Positions 1 through 9,825 of a DNA stretch of 64,000 nt are shown here, piece by piece; within the stretch, counting starts at the first letter, position 1; each line of letters starts with the position of its first letter. Where the stretch lies: the sequence record NC_048173.1, one strand, 5' to 3'. Position numbers and translations under genes: made by a program. The notes under the pieces were generated by a model. The model searched no databases and was not told the DNA's origin. It worked only from the letters and a program-made list of their open reading frames with translations.

Positions 1-450
1 ATGGAAAACGAAATCAGTATTCATGGAAATTATGTTCGGGCCAGTGCAACGGAGTCAATCACTCACGGTGAGTTGAGTACCGTCATCAAAGAAGCAATCG
101 CACAGTTTCAAACGGACTACCCGGACCTAACAATTAATAGTGCGATAGTCACAACCTCTGAATTTATGTTCGAGTTGTTTGAAACTAAACGCGTCATCGC
201 TAACATCTGGCTTACAACCGATAGACTCGTAATAAAAGATGTCGGCGACCTTCTTTACGGTGGCGTAATTCCGCTACCTCTTACTGGCCAGGAAGTTAAA
301 ATCGCCGCAGGTAGTGCCATTACCCGCGGGTACCTTTGGAAACGGGATAGCTACGTCTCAAGCTACGACCTGCAACTTGACTTCCTTTCCCGTCAACTCA
401 TTGAAGAACACATCGGTAACATCATCAATACTGCGCTTGCTATTAAATAA
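1..450 (+). CDS. Hypothetical phage protein
   Basis: 149-aa ORF heading a tightly packed + strand run; no motif recognised. Confidence 0.7.
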   Translation: MENEISIHGNYVRASATESITHGELSTVIKEAIAQFQTDYPDLTINSAIVTTSEFMFELFETKRVIANIWLTTDRLVIKDVGDLLYGGVIPLPLTGQEVKIAAGSAITRGYLWKRDSYVSSYDLQLDFLSRQLIEEHIGNIINTALAIK

Positions 451-464
451 ACTGGAGATATCTC

Positions 465-965
465 ATGACCGCTATTTTAACGCATGTTACTACCGACGGC
501 GAACAGGAACTGCTGCCTTTCGCTAAGATGTCGGGTAACTACTCAGACTATGACCGGATGTTTAAATTGGGCGACATCCTGACTGGCAACATCCACGCTA
601 TGCAACTGAATGGCATGATGGATTTGCAGAAGTATAAATATGTTTACGTACACGACTTTGTTCGTGACGACGGTAAAATCATCGACGACTACCATGAACG
701 CTCCAGTGATATCTCCATCACCATGTTCGGTTCAAACGAGAACCTTGCTATCAAACAAGTGTATTCTCCGGACGAAGGTTACACTTATTCCTTCGAACAG
801 AACGGTGGGTTGGACGGCACGATTTGGGGGTTAACTGTACAAGGCGGGCACGCGGTAGTTCAGCCTATTGAACGTGGCGGTAAAAACGACAGTATACTGC
901 CGGGCCATTTGCGCAAACCTTTCGAAACTTTACTGGGCTACATGTCAACTGGGATGAAACTGTAA
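465..965 (+). CDS. Hypothetical phage protein
   Basis: 166-aa ORF, GGAG RBS upstream. Confidence 0.75.
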   Translation: MTAILTHVTTDGEQELLPFAKMSGNYSDYDRMFKLGDILTGNIHAMQLNGMMDLQKYKYVYVHDFVRDDGKIIDDYHERSSDISITMFGSNENLAIKQVYSPDEGYTYSFEQNGGLDGTIWGLTVQGGHAVVQPIERGGKNDSILPGHLRKPFETLLGYMSTGMKL

Positions 966-1465
966 TGGCAACTATTCATACGCTTTCTGGTGCGGTTAAA
1001 TTACCTACCGATGTTTCCGCACACTTTCGCTCTGCTCATGCTTTGGCCAGAAACATCGACGCGCAAATTTACCAGCCACTGGTAATGGCCTTAGAGAAGC
1101 AATCGATGCGCGGTGATGTATCTAACATTGTGCTGGTTGAAACAATGACCATGGACGTCGCCGAAGCCATTACCCTTTCGTACAGTATGGGCTTTAATCT
1201 CCCGCTGGAGTTGGCTGCGGACGTTCGCGGGTTAGAACTGGAAAATGGCGAAGTGATGCTGATTAGCGGTAAGCTTGAGCGTGTAGATGCCGAACTGGTC
1301 AGAATGCGCCGGTCTATTATCATCACCCCGACCCAAATCAACGCCATGTCGGTTGACGGCAATATGCTTGATGAGTCGCTGGCGTTTATTCTGCAAAAGC
1401 AGATGATGGAATTCAAAGGACTCTACCCGCATCGCCCAGTTAGCGATGCTGTGAAAGCGCTGTAA
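965..1465 (+). CDS. Hypothetical phage protein
   Basis: 166-aa ORF, TAATG stop/start coupling. Confidence 0.75.
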   Translation: MATIHTLSGAVKLPTDVSAHFRSAHALARNIDAQIYQPLVMALEKQSMRGDVSNIVLVETMTMDVAEAITLSYSMGFNLPLELAADVRGLELENGEVMLISGKLERVDAELVRMRRSIIITPTQINAMSVDGNMLDESLAFILQKQMMEFKGLYPHRPVSDAVKAL

Positions 1466-1476
1466 TAAATCGGGGG

Positions 1477-1503
1477 TTTTTTACGATACCCCCTCTTACT
1501 ATA
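1477..1503 (+). promoter_or_regulatory. Candidate middle promoter TTTTTTAC-N15-TATA, overlapping a GGGGG/CCCCC hairpin
   Basis: Motif read directly; 25 nt upstream of ATG 1529. Confidence 0.6.
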
Positions 1504-1528
1504 CATCCACTGCTATGGAACTATTCTA

Positions 1529-2455
1529 ATGTCACATCTCGAAGATCAATTACGTAACTTTCACATGTCGTCATCGCAGTCCCTTTTACTTCGCCAGCTC
1601 GGTGTATTGGATAACGATGCCGTTCTCGATTCATCGGATACAACTGCAATTGAACGCAAAGCAATCCTGCAACTGGCACAAGATGTTCTGAACGGTAAGA
1701 AGCTTTATCAGGTCAGAATTTCATCAGACGGTGAAGGCCCACGTCCGCCGGTGAAACGCAATTTGTGTAAACTTGATTTGGGGGGCTACGTCTATACCGA
1801 CAGTTATGCCGTGAGCACGATGACGTTTGCGTTAGTGTTCGGTATGGCCATCAGAACCTACGTGCATGAAAATCAACACTGTATCTGCGTCCGTGAAGAT
1901 GGGGAAATCCAGTTTAACCTGTCAGTGCTGGGTATCCAATATATATCTGTGTCGCAAGCGTTCACCGCGATGCCGCAGCACGAAGAAATTTCTGACAAGC
2001 TGGGCCAGATCACTGCGTTCATCAAAGCAACATTGTTGGCGCGTGGCAAGGTTAAATTCGATATAAACGGTGCGTTGGGTTGGGAACAAGACCGCCATGT
2101 ACTCGCGCACTATATTCCTCGTCGTGGTACGTGGAAAGAATATAAGCAGTCGATGATTGTTAAGCTGCCTTTCCTTGGCGAGATGAGACAAATCGATATG
2201 CTGGTTGATTTATCGGACATTGTTTCGGACGCTCTCCCACGCGTCACGTTCTTGTACCAAAATATCGACGGCGATGTTATTTCGCTCGAAAAACTGACAC
2301 CTGTGCCGGATTGTAAGCCTGAAAAGTATACCACTGATGTTATCTTCAGTGAGTATCACGACACAGTGCTGCTCACCGCCGACCTGTTCGATATCAAAGA
2401 TAACGTGCAGGAAATCGAACTCCTCAATACCTTCAAATTCTATTACAAGGGCTAA
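1529..2455 (+). CDS. Hypothetical phage protein
   Basis: 308-aa ORF. Confidence 0.8.
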   Translation: MSHLEDQLRNFHMSSSQSLLLRQLGVLDNDAVLDSSDTTAIERKAILQLAQDVLNGKKLYQVRISSDGEGPRPPVKRNLCKLDLGGYVYTDSYAVSTMTFALVFGMAIRTYVHENQHCICVREDGEIQFNLSVLGIQYISVSQAFTAMPQHEEISDKLGQITAFIKATLLARGKVKFDINGALGWEQDRHVLAHYIPRRGTWKEYKQSMIVKLPFLGEMRQIDMLVDLSDIVSDALPRVTFLYQNIDGDVISLEKLTPVPDCKPEKYTTDVIFSEYHDTVLLTADLFDIKDNVQEIELLNTFKFYYKG

Positions 2456-2458
2456 GAC

Positions 2459-3352
2459 ATGTCTCAACGTTTTAATAACTACTTCAGAGATTATAACCAC
2501 GTTCCGGATAAACGTGCATTGATGCTCCGTACCGCGGGTCGTCTGATGATTGCCATTCTTTTCGATAAACCGATTATCGTTATCGGTACCGATTATGACA
2601 ATCTGGAAGGTGAAGCGCGCGAAGGCGAGCTGGACGTTTCTCTACTGGAGCGTCGTTTCCAGAATCGCACCAGCGTCAGCAAGATCGACGTGCCGGAATT
2701 CATCCCGGAAGAAGTGCGCCACTGGCAAAATCACCCTAACTACAAAAACATCGACCTGCGCGCCGCAATTGAATCCTCACACGCGGCGTTCGGGTTGCCG
2801 TTCCTCGAACACTTCGGTGAGTTCTTCGAGAAGGTTGACGAGCTGTCGTGGAAAGTCGAACAGGGCCAATTGGTTTGCATCGATAAGCCGGGGCTGCAGG
2901 CTGCAGCCCGTGAATGGCTGCAGGCATTCCGTGAATCTCCGTACTACAGTGCAAAAGAAGCGGCGATGAATATCTCCCGCGACTTAACCACGTATATCGG
3001 CTTCATTGAAAACGGTGTACTGGACGAGCACGAGCGTACCCACACGCTGAAGTCGGCACATCTGTACTTCATGCGTATGTTCCGTTGGCTGCCTCTACCG
3101 GAAGCGTCAGACGGTTATGCCCTGTGGCGTCAAACACTGGAAGAAGACCTCGGCTTCCCGGATGAAATGTCCAGTGACTGGCCGCAGGTTTGGCCATGTG
3201 GCCCGGTCGGACATCCGGATGAGCTCTTCGACCGTCAGTTCCCGATTGTCAAAACTGATACCAACCTCGGCGGTTTCGGTCAGGATGTCCACGGTGGTTA
3301 TGCGTTCTACCTGCCAGAGTATGTAGTAGCGCAGTATATGTTCGACTGCTAA
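2459..3352 (+). CDS. Hypothetical phage protein
   Basis: 297-aa ORF followed by a terminator. Confidence 0.8.
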   Translation: MSQRFNNYFRDYNHVPDKRALMLRTAGRLMIAILFDKPIIVIGTDYDNLEGEAREGELDVSLLERRFQNRTSVSKIDVPEFIPEEVRHWQNHPNYKNIDLRAAIESSHAAFGLPFLEHFGEFFEKVDELSWKVEQGQLVCIDKPGLQAAAREWLQAFRESPYYSAKEAAMNISRDLTTYIGFIENGVLDEHERTHTLKSAHLYFMRMFRWLPLPEASDGYALWRQTLEEDLGFPDEMSSDWPQVWPCGPVGHPDELFDRQFPIVKTDTNLGGFGQDVHGGYAFYLPEYVVAQYMFDC

Positions 3353-3356
3353 TACA

Positions 3357-3390
3357 AAGACCCCACTTCGGTGGGGTTCTTTATTTTTTT
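3357..3390 (+). terminator. Intrinsic terminator (CCCCAC-TTCG-GTGGGG + T tract)
   Basis: Perfect stem, cUUCGg loop, T run. Confidence 0.85.
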
Positions 3391-3414
3391 ATGAGATGGC
3401 CGTCTAGACGCACA

Positions 3415-3441
3415 TTTTTTACAGTTCACCTGTTTGATATA
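3415..3441 (+). promoter_or_regulatory. Candidate middle promoter TTTTTTAC-N15-TATA
   Basis: 21 nt upstream of ATG 3463. Confidence 0.6.
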
Positions 3442-3462
3442 GTAGAAAGGAGAGATTGCGCA

Positions 3463-3837
3463 ATGAAAAACTTTTTTGACTACTTGAGGGCGGGTGAGAT
3501 TCCTCGTGAAGTGGTTTATGACCGAAGCAAGTATAATACATTCATGGCTTTTTTGGTCACCTCTCCGTACTTCAAGACTTTTTCCGATGAAATGACAACC
3601 GTGGAGGAACGGGTTCAGTTCGACCTGCCTGACGTAGTAGAGTGCCACTCAGCATTGTCGTTAGCTGACGTGTCTACAATGATAAAAAATCAAGACCATC
3701 TGGACTACTTACTGCGGTCACTGGTCGATAAGCTACTGCGTGAAGAGGATACATATGAGTCAGTCTTCGCTGCATTGCTTGACTACTATTACATGGTTCG
3801 TAACTATAACCGTTTCCCACTGAATACTGTACACTAA
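3463..3837 (+). CDS. Hypothetical phage protein (start reassigned to ATG 3463)
   Basis: AAGGAG RBS; promoter motif lies inside the longer ORF-track start. Confidence 0.75.
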   Translation: MKNFFDYLRAGEIPREVVYDRSKYNTFMAFLVTSPYFKTFSDEMTTVEERVQFDLPDVVECHSALSLADVSTMIKNQDHLDYLLRSLVDKLLREEDTYESVFAALLDYYYMVRNYNRFPLNTVH

Positions 3838-3859
3838 CTTCCGCGTGAGGAGAAAAACA

Positions 3860-4246
3860 ATGGGTAGAAAGATTAGCCCGGTGGATGTGGTTCGACTCCA
3901 CCCGGACGACCTTGCCAACATCAAACCGAAATCAGAACTGGATAAGAAATTCCTGACGGGAATTGAGTGGGGCTTTGCTCTGCATCCGGACGAGGTTCGT
4001 AACACACAGCAGCCATCCCTGAAGGGCCCAGTTGAAATTGACTGGCGTACCACTGCAGGACATGAAGATGTTGTGGAGGCGATTAATGCAGTCACTGTCA
4101 GTAGCGAAGACCTGCCTATCGCTGGTCCAGCAGAGCACCTGATTTCACTGCGTCGTTTCATTAACGCGCAGGCTGAAGTTGTGCGTAACGGCGAAGCGTG
4201 GCAACTCGGTACGGCACTTCACCTGAAGTCGGTATTCGGTGGATGA
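3860..4246 (+). CDS. Hypothetical phage protein
   Basis: GAGGAG RBS before ATG 3860. Confidence 0.75.
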   Translation: MGRKISPVDVVRLHPDDLANIKPKSELDKKFLTGIEWGFALHPDEVRNTQQPSLKGPVEIDWRTTAGHEDVVEAINAVTVSSEDLPIAGPAEHLISLRRFINAQAEVVRNGEAWQLGTALHLKSVFGG

Positions 4247-4298
4247 AAAAAGAAAAGACTACTCTCCCCAACGGGAGAGTAGCTACTCTTATTTTTTT
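4247..4298. terminator. Bidirectional terminator (CTACTCTCCC-CAAC-GGGAGAGTAG)
   Basis: 10-bp stem, A tract before and T tract after, between convergent genes. Confidence 0.85.
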
Positions 4299-5109
4299 AT
4301 ACTGCGAAACGACCACCGCTACGGTAGTTATCGCGGTTACCTTGGTCATCGTTGTGAATGAGAGCACGCTTACACACAAGCAGCTGGTCATCGTACGATT
4401 GTCCGGCATCGCGATATTCTTCCACGAAGTCTTTGAACTTATCGAACGACACACCGTTTTCTAAACGGGCGATGTCCAAGTCCAGTGACAAGTGGTTGTA
4501 GATGTACTGCTTGGTCGCCCACGATGCCAGTTGTGCTACGGCTGGGTAGAACGGTTGTTTAATCTCGTTCAGCTCAGGTGAGAACTTGGTACGGACTTTC
4601 AAACGGGTACCGTACTGGAACATCCCCGGGTCTTTAATCGACACCGTGTTCGGGCCCAGCACAATCACTTCAGAGGATGTCAGTCGTGGCATTGCGGAGT
4701 GCGAGTTCAGCATTTGCTCGGTACTGGAGACCACCCCTGACGTCGAACCGGTTAAGTACGATCCGGCCGGTGGCATGGTGTAAGCTTGTCCGGCTACTGG
4801 GGTTCCGGCTAAGTGGGCAGCGATAATATCTTTACCACCCGTCTGCTCTTCCGAAATCCGGTAGATACGGGTAAACTGGTCGTGTGGGTCTTGCTCGTAG
4901 GTCAACCCTGAAAGCTCGATTTCTTTTAACTGGCCGAATTGGGACAGGTCGGGGATAACAGTATCCTTTAAGACCTTCTCCACAATCTGGTTTTCAATTG
5001 AGGCCGGTGCGCCAAATAAACGCATTCCGGGTTCAATGAAAGTCGCGTCCAGAATCGGTTTCGGGATATTCCGTCGTATCATTCTGAGGCATGCGTCGAT
5101 GGCACTCAT
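4297..5109 (-). CDS. Conserved phiKZ-like protein, probably virion structural
   Basis: 270-aa ORF, GGAG RBS, late-type TATG upstream; role inferred from synteny. Confidence 0.6.
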   Translation of the reverse strand: MSAIDACLRMIRRNIPKPILDATFIEPGMRLFGAPASIENQIVEKVLKDTVIPDLSQFGQLKEIELSGLTYEQDPHDQFTRIYRISEEQTGGKDIIAAHLAGTPVAGQAYTMPPAGSYLTGSTSGVVSSTEQMLNSHSAMPRLTSSEVIVLGPNTVSIKDPGMFQYGTRLKVRTKFSPELNEIKQPFYPAVAQLASWATKQYIYNHLSLDLDIARLENGVSFDKFKDFVEEYRDAGQSYDDQLLVCKRALIHNDDQGNRDNYRSGGRFAV

Positions 5110-5140
5110 TATAAGCTCCTGGAAGTCGTTGTGCGGGGTT

Positions 5141-5144
5141 CATA
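5141..5144 (-). promoter_or_regulatory. Candidate late promoter core TATG
   Basis: phiKZ late consensus, 31 nt upstream of the 5109 start. Confidence 0.4.
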
Positions 5145-5230
5145 GCATCTGGATAACCCTACCCCACACGGGAAATGTTTTTTACAACACCGACCCATTC
5201 TTTGGGGGTTCAGTCAATCTAATTAGAAAC

Positions 5231-5240
5231 ATATATTATC
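5231..5240 (+). promoter_or_regulatory. Candidate early promoter ATATATTATC
   Basis: Resembles phiKZ early TATATTAC; upstream of 5271. Confidence 0.4.
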
Positions 5241-5270
5241 TGTAGGAAGCAGTATACATGTGGAGTTTCT

Positions 5271-5618
5271 ATGTCTGAAATTATTCTATACATACCTCCG
5301 GTAGATTTAACAGCAATGGGCCGCGTTTACGCAGTGCGCTATTTGTCACTCATCGAGCTGGCCCAAGCCATAGAGAATTTGATTTACCCGGGGCGTCACT
5401 TGCAGGTAAGTGATGCGTACAATACTTTCGCCGAAGCGTTCTTCGCAACTGACCTATGGTACATGATATCCATCCTAGGTGAAGAAGCGCCTCTGCTATT
5501 CAAAGAAATTAACGGAGCACTAGTCGCATGTACAACTTTAAATTCTACCCAGCTGACGTACATGGTTGGTTCTGGGATGCGATTCAGAAAACAGGTTATG
5601 CCGATGCGTTGCGCATGA
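5271..5618 (+). CDS. Hypothetical protein (small-gene array)
   Basis: 115 aa, GGAG RBS. Confidence 0.7.
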   Translation: MSEIILYIPPVDLTAMGRVYAVRYLSLIELAQAIENLIYPGRHLQVSDAYNTFAEAFFATDLWYMISILGEEAPLLFKEINGALVACTTLNSTQLTYMVGSGMRFRKQVMPMRCA

Positions 5619-6136
5619 GGACGCGTGACCAAGAGCAGATGACAGTTGACATGCTCAATTGTGCACTGTTCCACACGTTCAAATCCGTTGAAGCAATCGT
5701 TGGCTTTACACCGGAAGAGTTGTTAGCGAAGTTCATTAATCCTGAGCTGCTGTTTGAAATGATGCAAGCCAATGGGGAAGCTCGCCCTGTCCGTCACGTG
5801 GTTGTGAAAACGGTACGCTCACAACTGTTTGACCCGACGGCGCCACTGATACATGTTCCGGATGTGATTGTCCGTCGCCCCGAAGATGTGGAATTAGCGT
5901 ACATGGCGTACAACAATGCGTTCCTTGGATTCCGTGACCAAATAGAATTAATGATTCGCCGCGTGTTAGGTGACAAGTTCAACCGCTATGCTATAGCTGA
6001 GCTGTCAATTGTGGCTGACGCTCAAGAACGAGTCCGTGCGCTGAATCTTAAAATCCACGGCGACATCCGACACAAATTTTACATGGAACAATTCCCCGAT
6101 GGCCGATTTGACAGCGGAAAGGGTGGTGGGCATTGA
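5615..6136 (+). CDS. Hypothetical protein (small-gene array)
   Basis: ATGA overlap with upstream stop suggests start 5615. Confidence 0.7.
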   Translation: MRTRDQEQMTVDMLNCALFHTFKSVEAIVGFTPEELLAKFINPELLFEMMQANGEARPVRHVVVKTVRSQLFDPTAPLIHVPDVIVRRPEDVELAYMAYNNAFLGFRDQIELMIRRVLGDKFNRYAIAELSIVADAQERVRALNLKIHGDIRHKFYMEQFPDGRFDSGKGGGH

Positions 6137-6491
6137 TGTAATTCTAACCACCGCCTGGACAACCCTGATTTTGGACGATGATGAACGAGAGTACCATTTA
6201 TTCTCTCAGTACCAACGTCACGTTCTTTTAAAAGACATCCTGCACGGCTTATTCCCAAACTATTTAGAAACCTTCAATGAGTGGGGGGCGTTCGACATGG
6301 CCTTCACTCATCGGTTGGTTTGCTCATACATCCGTGAAGCGCGGATGGAGTTATCCCGACTCATCGGCCTTGAGTTAATGCGGGCCATGCGCGGGTGTAT
6401 GGGTATCCCGAAAGGGTATCGCGTTTACTATCGTATCGACGGAAAAGCTCTTCGCTATTATCCGCACCGGTCGAGGAGGTATGATGGTTAA
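6099..6491 (+). CDS. Hypothetical protein (small-gene array)
   Basis: 130-aa ORF; exact start uncertain. Confidence 0.65.
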   Translation: MADLTAERVVGIDVILTTAWTTLILDDDEREYHLFSQYQRHVLLKDILHGLFPNYLETFNEWGAFDMAFTHRLVCSYIREARMELSRLIGLELMRAMRGCMGIPKGYRVYYRIDGKALRYYPHRSRRYDG

Positions 6492-6879
6492 GCTTACCCA
6501 TCGGGTAATTTATTTCGACTTGTCTCCCGTCTATCAGGCATTACGTGCTCCGATGACAAAGGCGGGTGGGGACAGTGTAGATTTTTACCTGTCCATTGGT
6601 GAGTATGACCACTTGGTCCGGCAAATTGTTCTGCTCGAGTTACTCACCCGCACCGGACACATTACATTTTGTTCGGCGCAGTTAGCATTGAAACGCTATG
6701 CCCGGGACATGGACTTTATCCTTTGTTTCCCGCAAGCCTTCAATCTGTTAGAAAGCGAATTGGGTAATTCACGCGATGTCTTCCACGCGGTGGAAGACGC
6801 CATCCCGGTACCTATTAATCCATACACAATGATGGAGCCTGTCACAGGGCCTATCTGGGCATTTATCACAGGAGCCTAA
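6481..6879 (+). CDS. Hypothetical protein (small-gene array)
   Basis: 132 aa, GAGGAGG RBS. Confidence 0.75.
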   Translation: MMVKLTHRVIYFDLSPVYQALRAPMTKAGGDSVDFYLSIGEYDHLVRQIVLLELLTRTGHITFCSAQLALKRYARDMDFILCFPQAFNLLESELGNSRDVFHAVEDAIPVPINPYTMMEPVTGPIWAFITGA

Positions 6880-6880
6880 C

Positions 6881-7384
6881 ATGCAAGACACTCGCGACGA
6901 GTATTACCTGATTCCGGACTACCAAAATCTGGTAGGGCAGTTAACGGAATTCGACCCGGGCTCTCTGCTCGCGGCGGTTTGTGAAGACGTCAACAAAATG
7001 CTCAACTATGTGTTGATGCTGCGTGAAGATAACGACGAAATCCCAACCATGATGGAAAGCACCATGCAGTACATCCATCGTGAAATGGCGGAACGTAAAG
7101 TTATCCTGACGACGGAACAAGCGCTGGAGTACGGACGCTTAGTGGGTCAGCTGGTACGTGCGTACATCAGCGCGATTACTGGCACCTATTTCTGGTTCAC
7201 TCGTCATGCACAGTGGGTAGCGGCCCGTTACTGTGGCGACGGTTCTGGCTCAGTGGAGTTCGTACTGCGCTACGGCGTGGTCAAACTGCCTGAGTACGAA
7301 GATCCGGCGGTGGTTCGTGCACTCGGTCCGGAAGTGTCGACGAAACTCGACATGCTGGCTGGACGTCTGGGAGCGAGCCTATGA
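6881..7384 (+). CDS. Hypothetical protein (small-gene array)
   Basis: 167 aa, AGGAG RBS. Confidence 0.75.
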   Translation: MQDTRDEYYLIPDYQNLVGQLTEFDPGSLLAAVCEDVNKMLNYVLMLREDNDEIPTMMESTMQYIHREMAERKVILTTEQALEYGRLVGQLVRAYISAITGTYFWFTRHAQWVAARYCGDGSGSVEFVLRYGVVKLPEYEDPAVVRALGPEVSTKLDMLAGRLGASL

Positions 7385-7926
7385 CACGTGTGATGTATTC
7401 AGCGATGGATGCAATACACGCCTACGGTATTGAGAGCTTCGCAGCTCTCATTCGCGAAAACCTTGTTGTTGGCCTCGATGGGGTCAATGTCGAGGTTTTC
7501 GACGACGCCAATTTTTATCGCGTGTTTGCCTACGCGTATATCGCGGGTGCCATGAGTGGCAGTTCACAGGTCTTCTTAGAAGCCTTCGGTGTCGACAATG
7601 TTGAACCGTTAGACCTGCAGACGGGGCCGTTGGTCGTGAACTGGAACCCGCCCGGACAACCTGAAGACGTTGTTGGATTCACGTTGGGCGATGACGACCC
7701 TAACGATTTAATCGATAACGACTTCAGCACTTTCATTCTCCCATTCACCATTGATTCAACGGAAGCGGATACAGTCGAAGTGACCAGTCGCTATGTTGAG
7801 CTGCTGAACAAAGAACTGTTCTCGCAGACAGGGCTGGTCAGTGTGATTAAATCGATGTTCCCCGGTAAGTACGTTGACTACAGAGGCGACGACCTCTTTA
7901 CCATGGTCGTTGTATGTGACGTATGA
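7381..7926 (+). CDS. Hypothetical protein (small-gene array)
   Basis: 181 aa, ATGA overlap. Confidence 0.75.
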   Translation: MTRVMYSAMDAIHAYGIESFAALIRENLVVGLDGVNVEVFDDANFYRVFAYAYIAGAMSGSSQVFLEAFGVDNVEPLDLQTGPLVVNWNPPGQPEDVVGFTLGDDDPNDLIDNDFSTFILPFTIDSTEADTVEVTSRYVELLNKELFSQTGLVSVIKSMFPGKYVDYRGDDLFTMVVVCDV

Positions 7927-8360
7927 AATTAATCCTGACTCTTGAAGACATCATTCCCCGTAAGAACGTTACGGAGACGGTTGACTTCATGCTAAAGGAA
8001 GGTATGCGTGAGCCGGTGGCTCACGCGCTTATCTTTATTTTAGCGCAAACCTTTGTTAGTAACCTCACGGTCAATGCTCAGGTCGGTGAGGGTGAGTTTG
8101 CCATGTTTACGGCACCGCCTATTACATGTGGCAGACTTGCGGTCATAATCAAAAGAATGTTTCCGAACGATTCGATTATTCCGATAAAGATGTGGGGGAC
8201 GGGATGGGGAGATTTCCAACCCAGCTATTTTAATTATGATAGACTCGTCACTATACTCGGCGCGATGGACATGCTCTATCGCAAGGATGTTATCATCGGT
8301 CAAGTTATTAAAGGACCATCGGATACTCTCATCACCGTGGAACGCCCCTTTTCATTATGA
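7923..8360 (+). CDS. Hypothetical protein (small-gene array)
   Basis: 145 aa, ATGA overlap. Confidence 0.75.
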   Translation: MKLILTLEDIIPRKNVTETVDFMLKEGMREPVAHALIFILAQTFVSNLTVNAQVGEGEFAMFTAPPITCGRLAVIIKRMFPNDSIIPIKMWGTGWGDFQPSYFNYDRLVTILGAMDMLYRKDVIIGQVIKGPSDTLITVERPFSL

Positions 8361-8366
8361 CCTAAC

Positions 8367-8392
8367 TTTTTACATTTTATTCAACCTGTATA
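8367..8392 (+). promoter_or_regulatory. Candidate middle promoter TTTTTAC-N15-TATA
   Basis: 25 nt upstream of ATG 8418. Confidence 0.6.
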
Positions 8393-8417
8393 AGTGCAGG
8401 TTAACCAGAGGTTGAAA

Positions 8418-9029
8418 ATGAGTAAGTACAATATCGTTATTGTGGGGCCGGTGTATCAGGACCACGGTATCATCGATTATCTGCAGGACTCCGAACCGTT
8501 CATGGAGTTAATGGAAAATTGGCAACGCCAGTTACAAGTCTGTCTGGTTAACCTCAGTAAAGAAAACCTCGAAGCCATCGTTCCGGGCGAAGGGGAGTTC
8601 TACGAAGAGCTGGCGTCGCGTATTTCCAACTCCATCCTGCAGCAGTATAACTTCGTCGTACCGTTGGACATCCGTATCCGTCTGCACGATTTCATGAAAA
8701 CCGTATCGGACGAATACCGGGCGTGGGAATTTGACCAAGGCATCTCTTCAGATGTGCGTGAGGATGACTACACCGAAGGTCTGCGCATTATTCATGGCCT
8801 GCACAAAAACAGCGCTGGTCATGCGGAAGACGCTGGACTGCTGTCCGTTTACTTTGCCGATCGTGTGGCCCGTGGTGTTGCTCAGTCGATTCACGAAGGG
8901 TATAAAGACCCGCTGGCATTTTTTATGAAGCGACACCAGAAAGATTTCAAAGGGGGACTGATGCGCCTCACGTTCAGTGATAAATCGCGCTTAGTCAAGT
9001 TCCAACTTTCCCTCACGATGGAGGATTAA
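8418..9029 (+). CDS. Hypothetical protein
   Basis: GAGG RBS before ATG 8418; promoter overlaps the longer GTG start. Confidence 0.75.
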   Translation: MSKYNIVIVGPVYQDHGIIDYLQDSEPFMELMENWQRQLQVCLVNLSKENLEAIVPGEGEFYEELASRISNSILQQYNFVVPLDIRIRLHDFMKTVSDEYRAWEFDQGISSDVREDDYTEGLRIIHGLHKNSAGHAEDAGLLSVYFADRVARGVAQSIHEGYKDPLAFFMKRHQKDFKGGLMRLTFSDKSRLVKFQLSLTMED

Positions 9030-9437
9030 ATGTTTGATATCAGCACCGTGCCACATGGCTCGGTAGTCAACATCACGTACGATACGCCACTGCTCGGCAC
9101 CGAGCAGTACGTTGAGGTGCTCGGTACTTCCTGCGGCTACAAGATGGCCATGGAGATTGAGGACGTCAACGCTATTCACCAGAACATCTACTCTTCCCTT
9201 GAAGCGCAGCCGACCAATAACCTGACGGCGTACAACTTCATTGTGTTCGTAGACAGTGAAGGTAAGCAGCGTGTCGCGGCTGATGCGTGGATTCGCAACA
9301 TCACCGTGGTGAAAAAGATTAAAGCACAATGCACCGTTGAGATTGACAGCGTCGATGAAATCGAACACATTCGCAAAGCCCTCGCAGCACGCGGACTGAA
9401 TGATGTCGTCATCACGGTCATTGAAGTACAAGGTTAA
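9030..9437 (+). CDS. Conserved Chimalliviridae protein (phiKZ gp49 position), beta-rich
   Basis: 135 aa, GGAGG RBS; identity from position upstream of DNA polymerase. Confidence 0.55.
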   Translation: MFDISTVPHGSVVNITYDTPLLGTEQYVEVLGTSCGYKMAMEIEDVNAIHQNIYSSLEAQPTNNLTAYNFIVFVDSEGKQRVAADAWIRNITVVKKIKAQCTVEIDSVDEIEHIRKALAARGLNDVVITVIEVQG

Positions 9438-9461
9438 GGGGCTTCGGCCCCTTTATTTTTT
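9436..9461 (+). terminator. Intrinsic terminator (GGGGC-TTCG-GCCCC + T tract)
   Basis: cUUCGg hairpin and T run. Confidence 0.85.
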
Positions 9462-9485
9462 GGCACACACAGCAACCGGATACCC

Positions 9486-9782
9486 ATGAATCGCATAGAA
9501 GGCGTTGTAAGCGCGTATAACACCGACCCCGAAAAACCCACCGTTACTGTAACCGCTACGAATACGGGTCGTGACTATACGGCACGCATTTGGTTTGACC
9601 GCAAATTCTGGCGGGGCCTTCGCATCGGTGACACCGTCATCCTGCAGAAGAACAAACAGGGCGAGTACCATCTTAAAACGTTGCTGAAGATTGGCGAAGG
9701 TGAAGGCTTAGACTTCGGTAAGAAGTTCCCAAAACCGTGGTCGCCGCCTGAGGGTCAAGAAGACCAATACAGTATTCAGTAA
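9486..9782 (+). CDS. Small beta-barrel (possibly OB-fold) protein
   Basis: 98 aa with pattern RIEGVV...GLRIGDTVIL; fold is inference. Confidence 0.55.
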   Translation: MNRIEGVVSAYNTDPEKPTVTVTATNTGRDYTARIWFDRKFWRGLRIGDTVILQKNKQGEYHLKTLLKIGEGEGLDFGKKFPKPWSPPEGQEDQYSIQ

Positions 9783-9825
9783 TTTAGTATGCAGAATAAT
9801 GATTGTTTGACTGAGTCTAACTCAG

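Noticed and set aside
5183-5204. TTTTTTAC at 5178-5185 as a middle promoter
   Set aside because: The element 15 nt later is TTTG and an early-type motif lies closer to the gene; left out of the promoter set.
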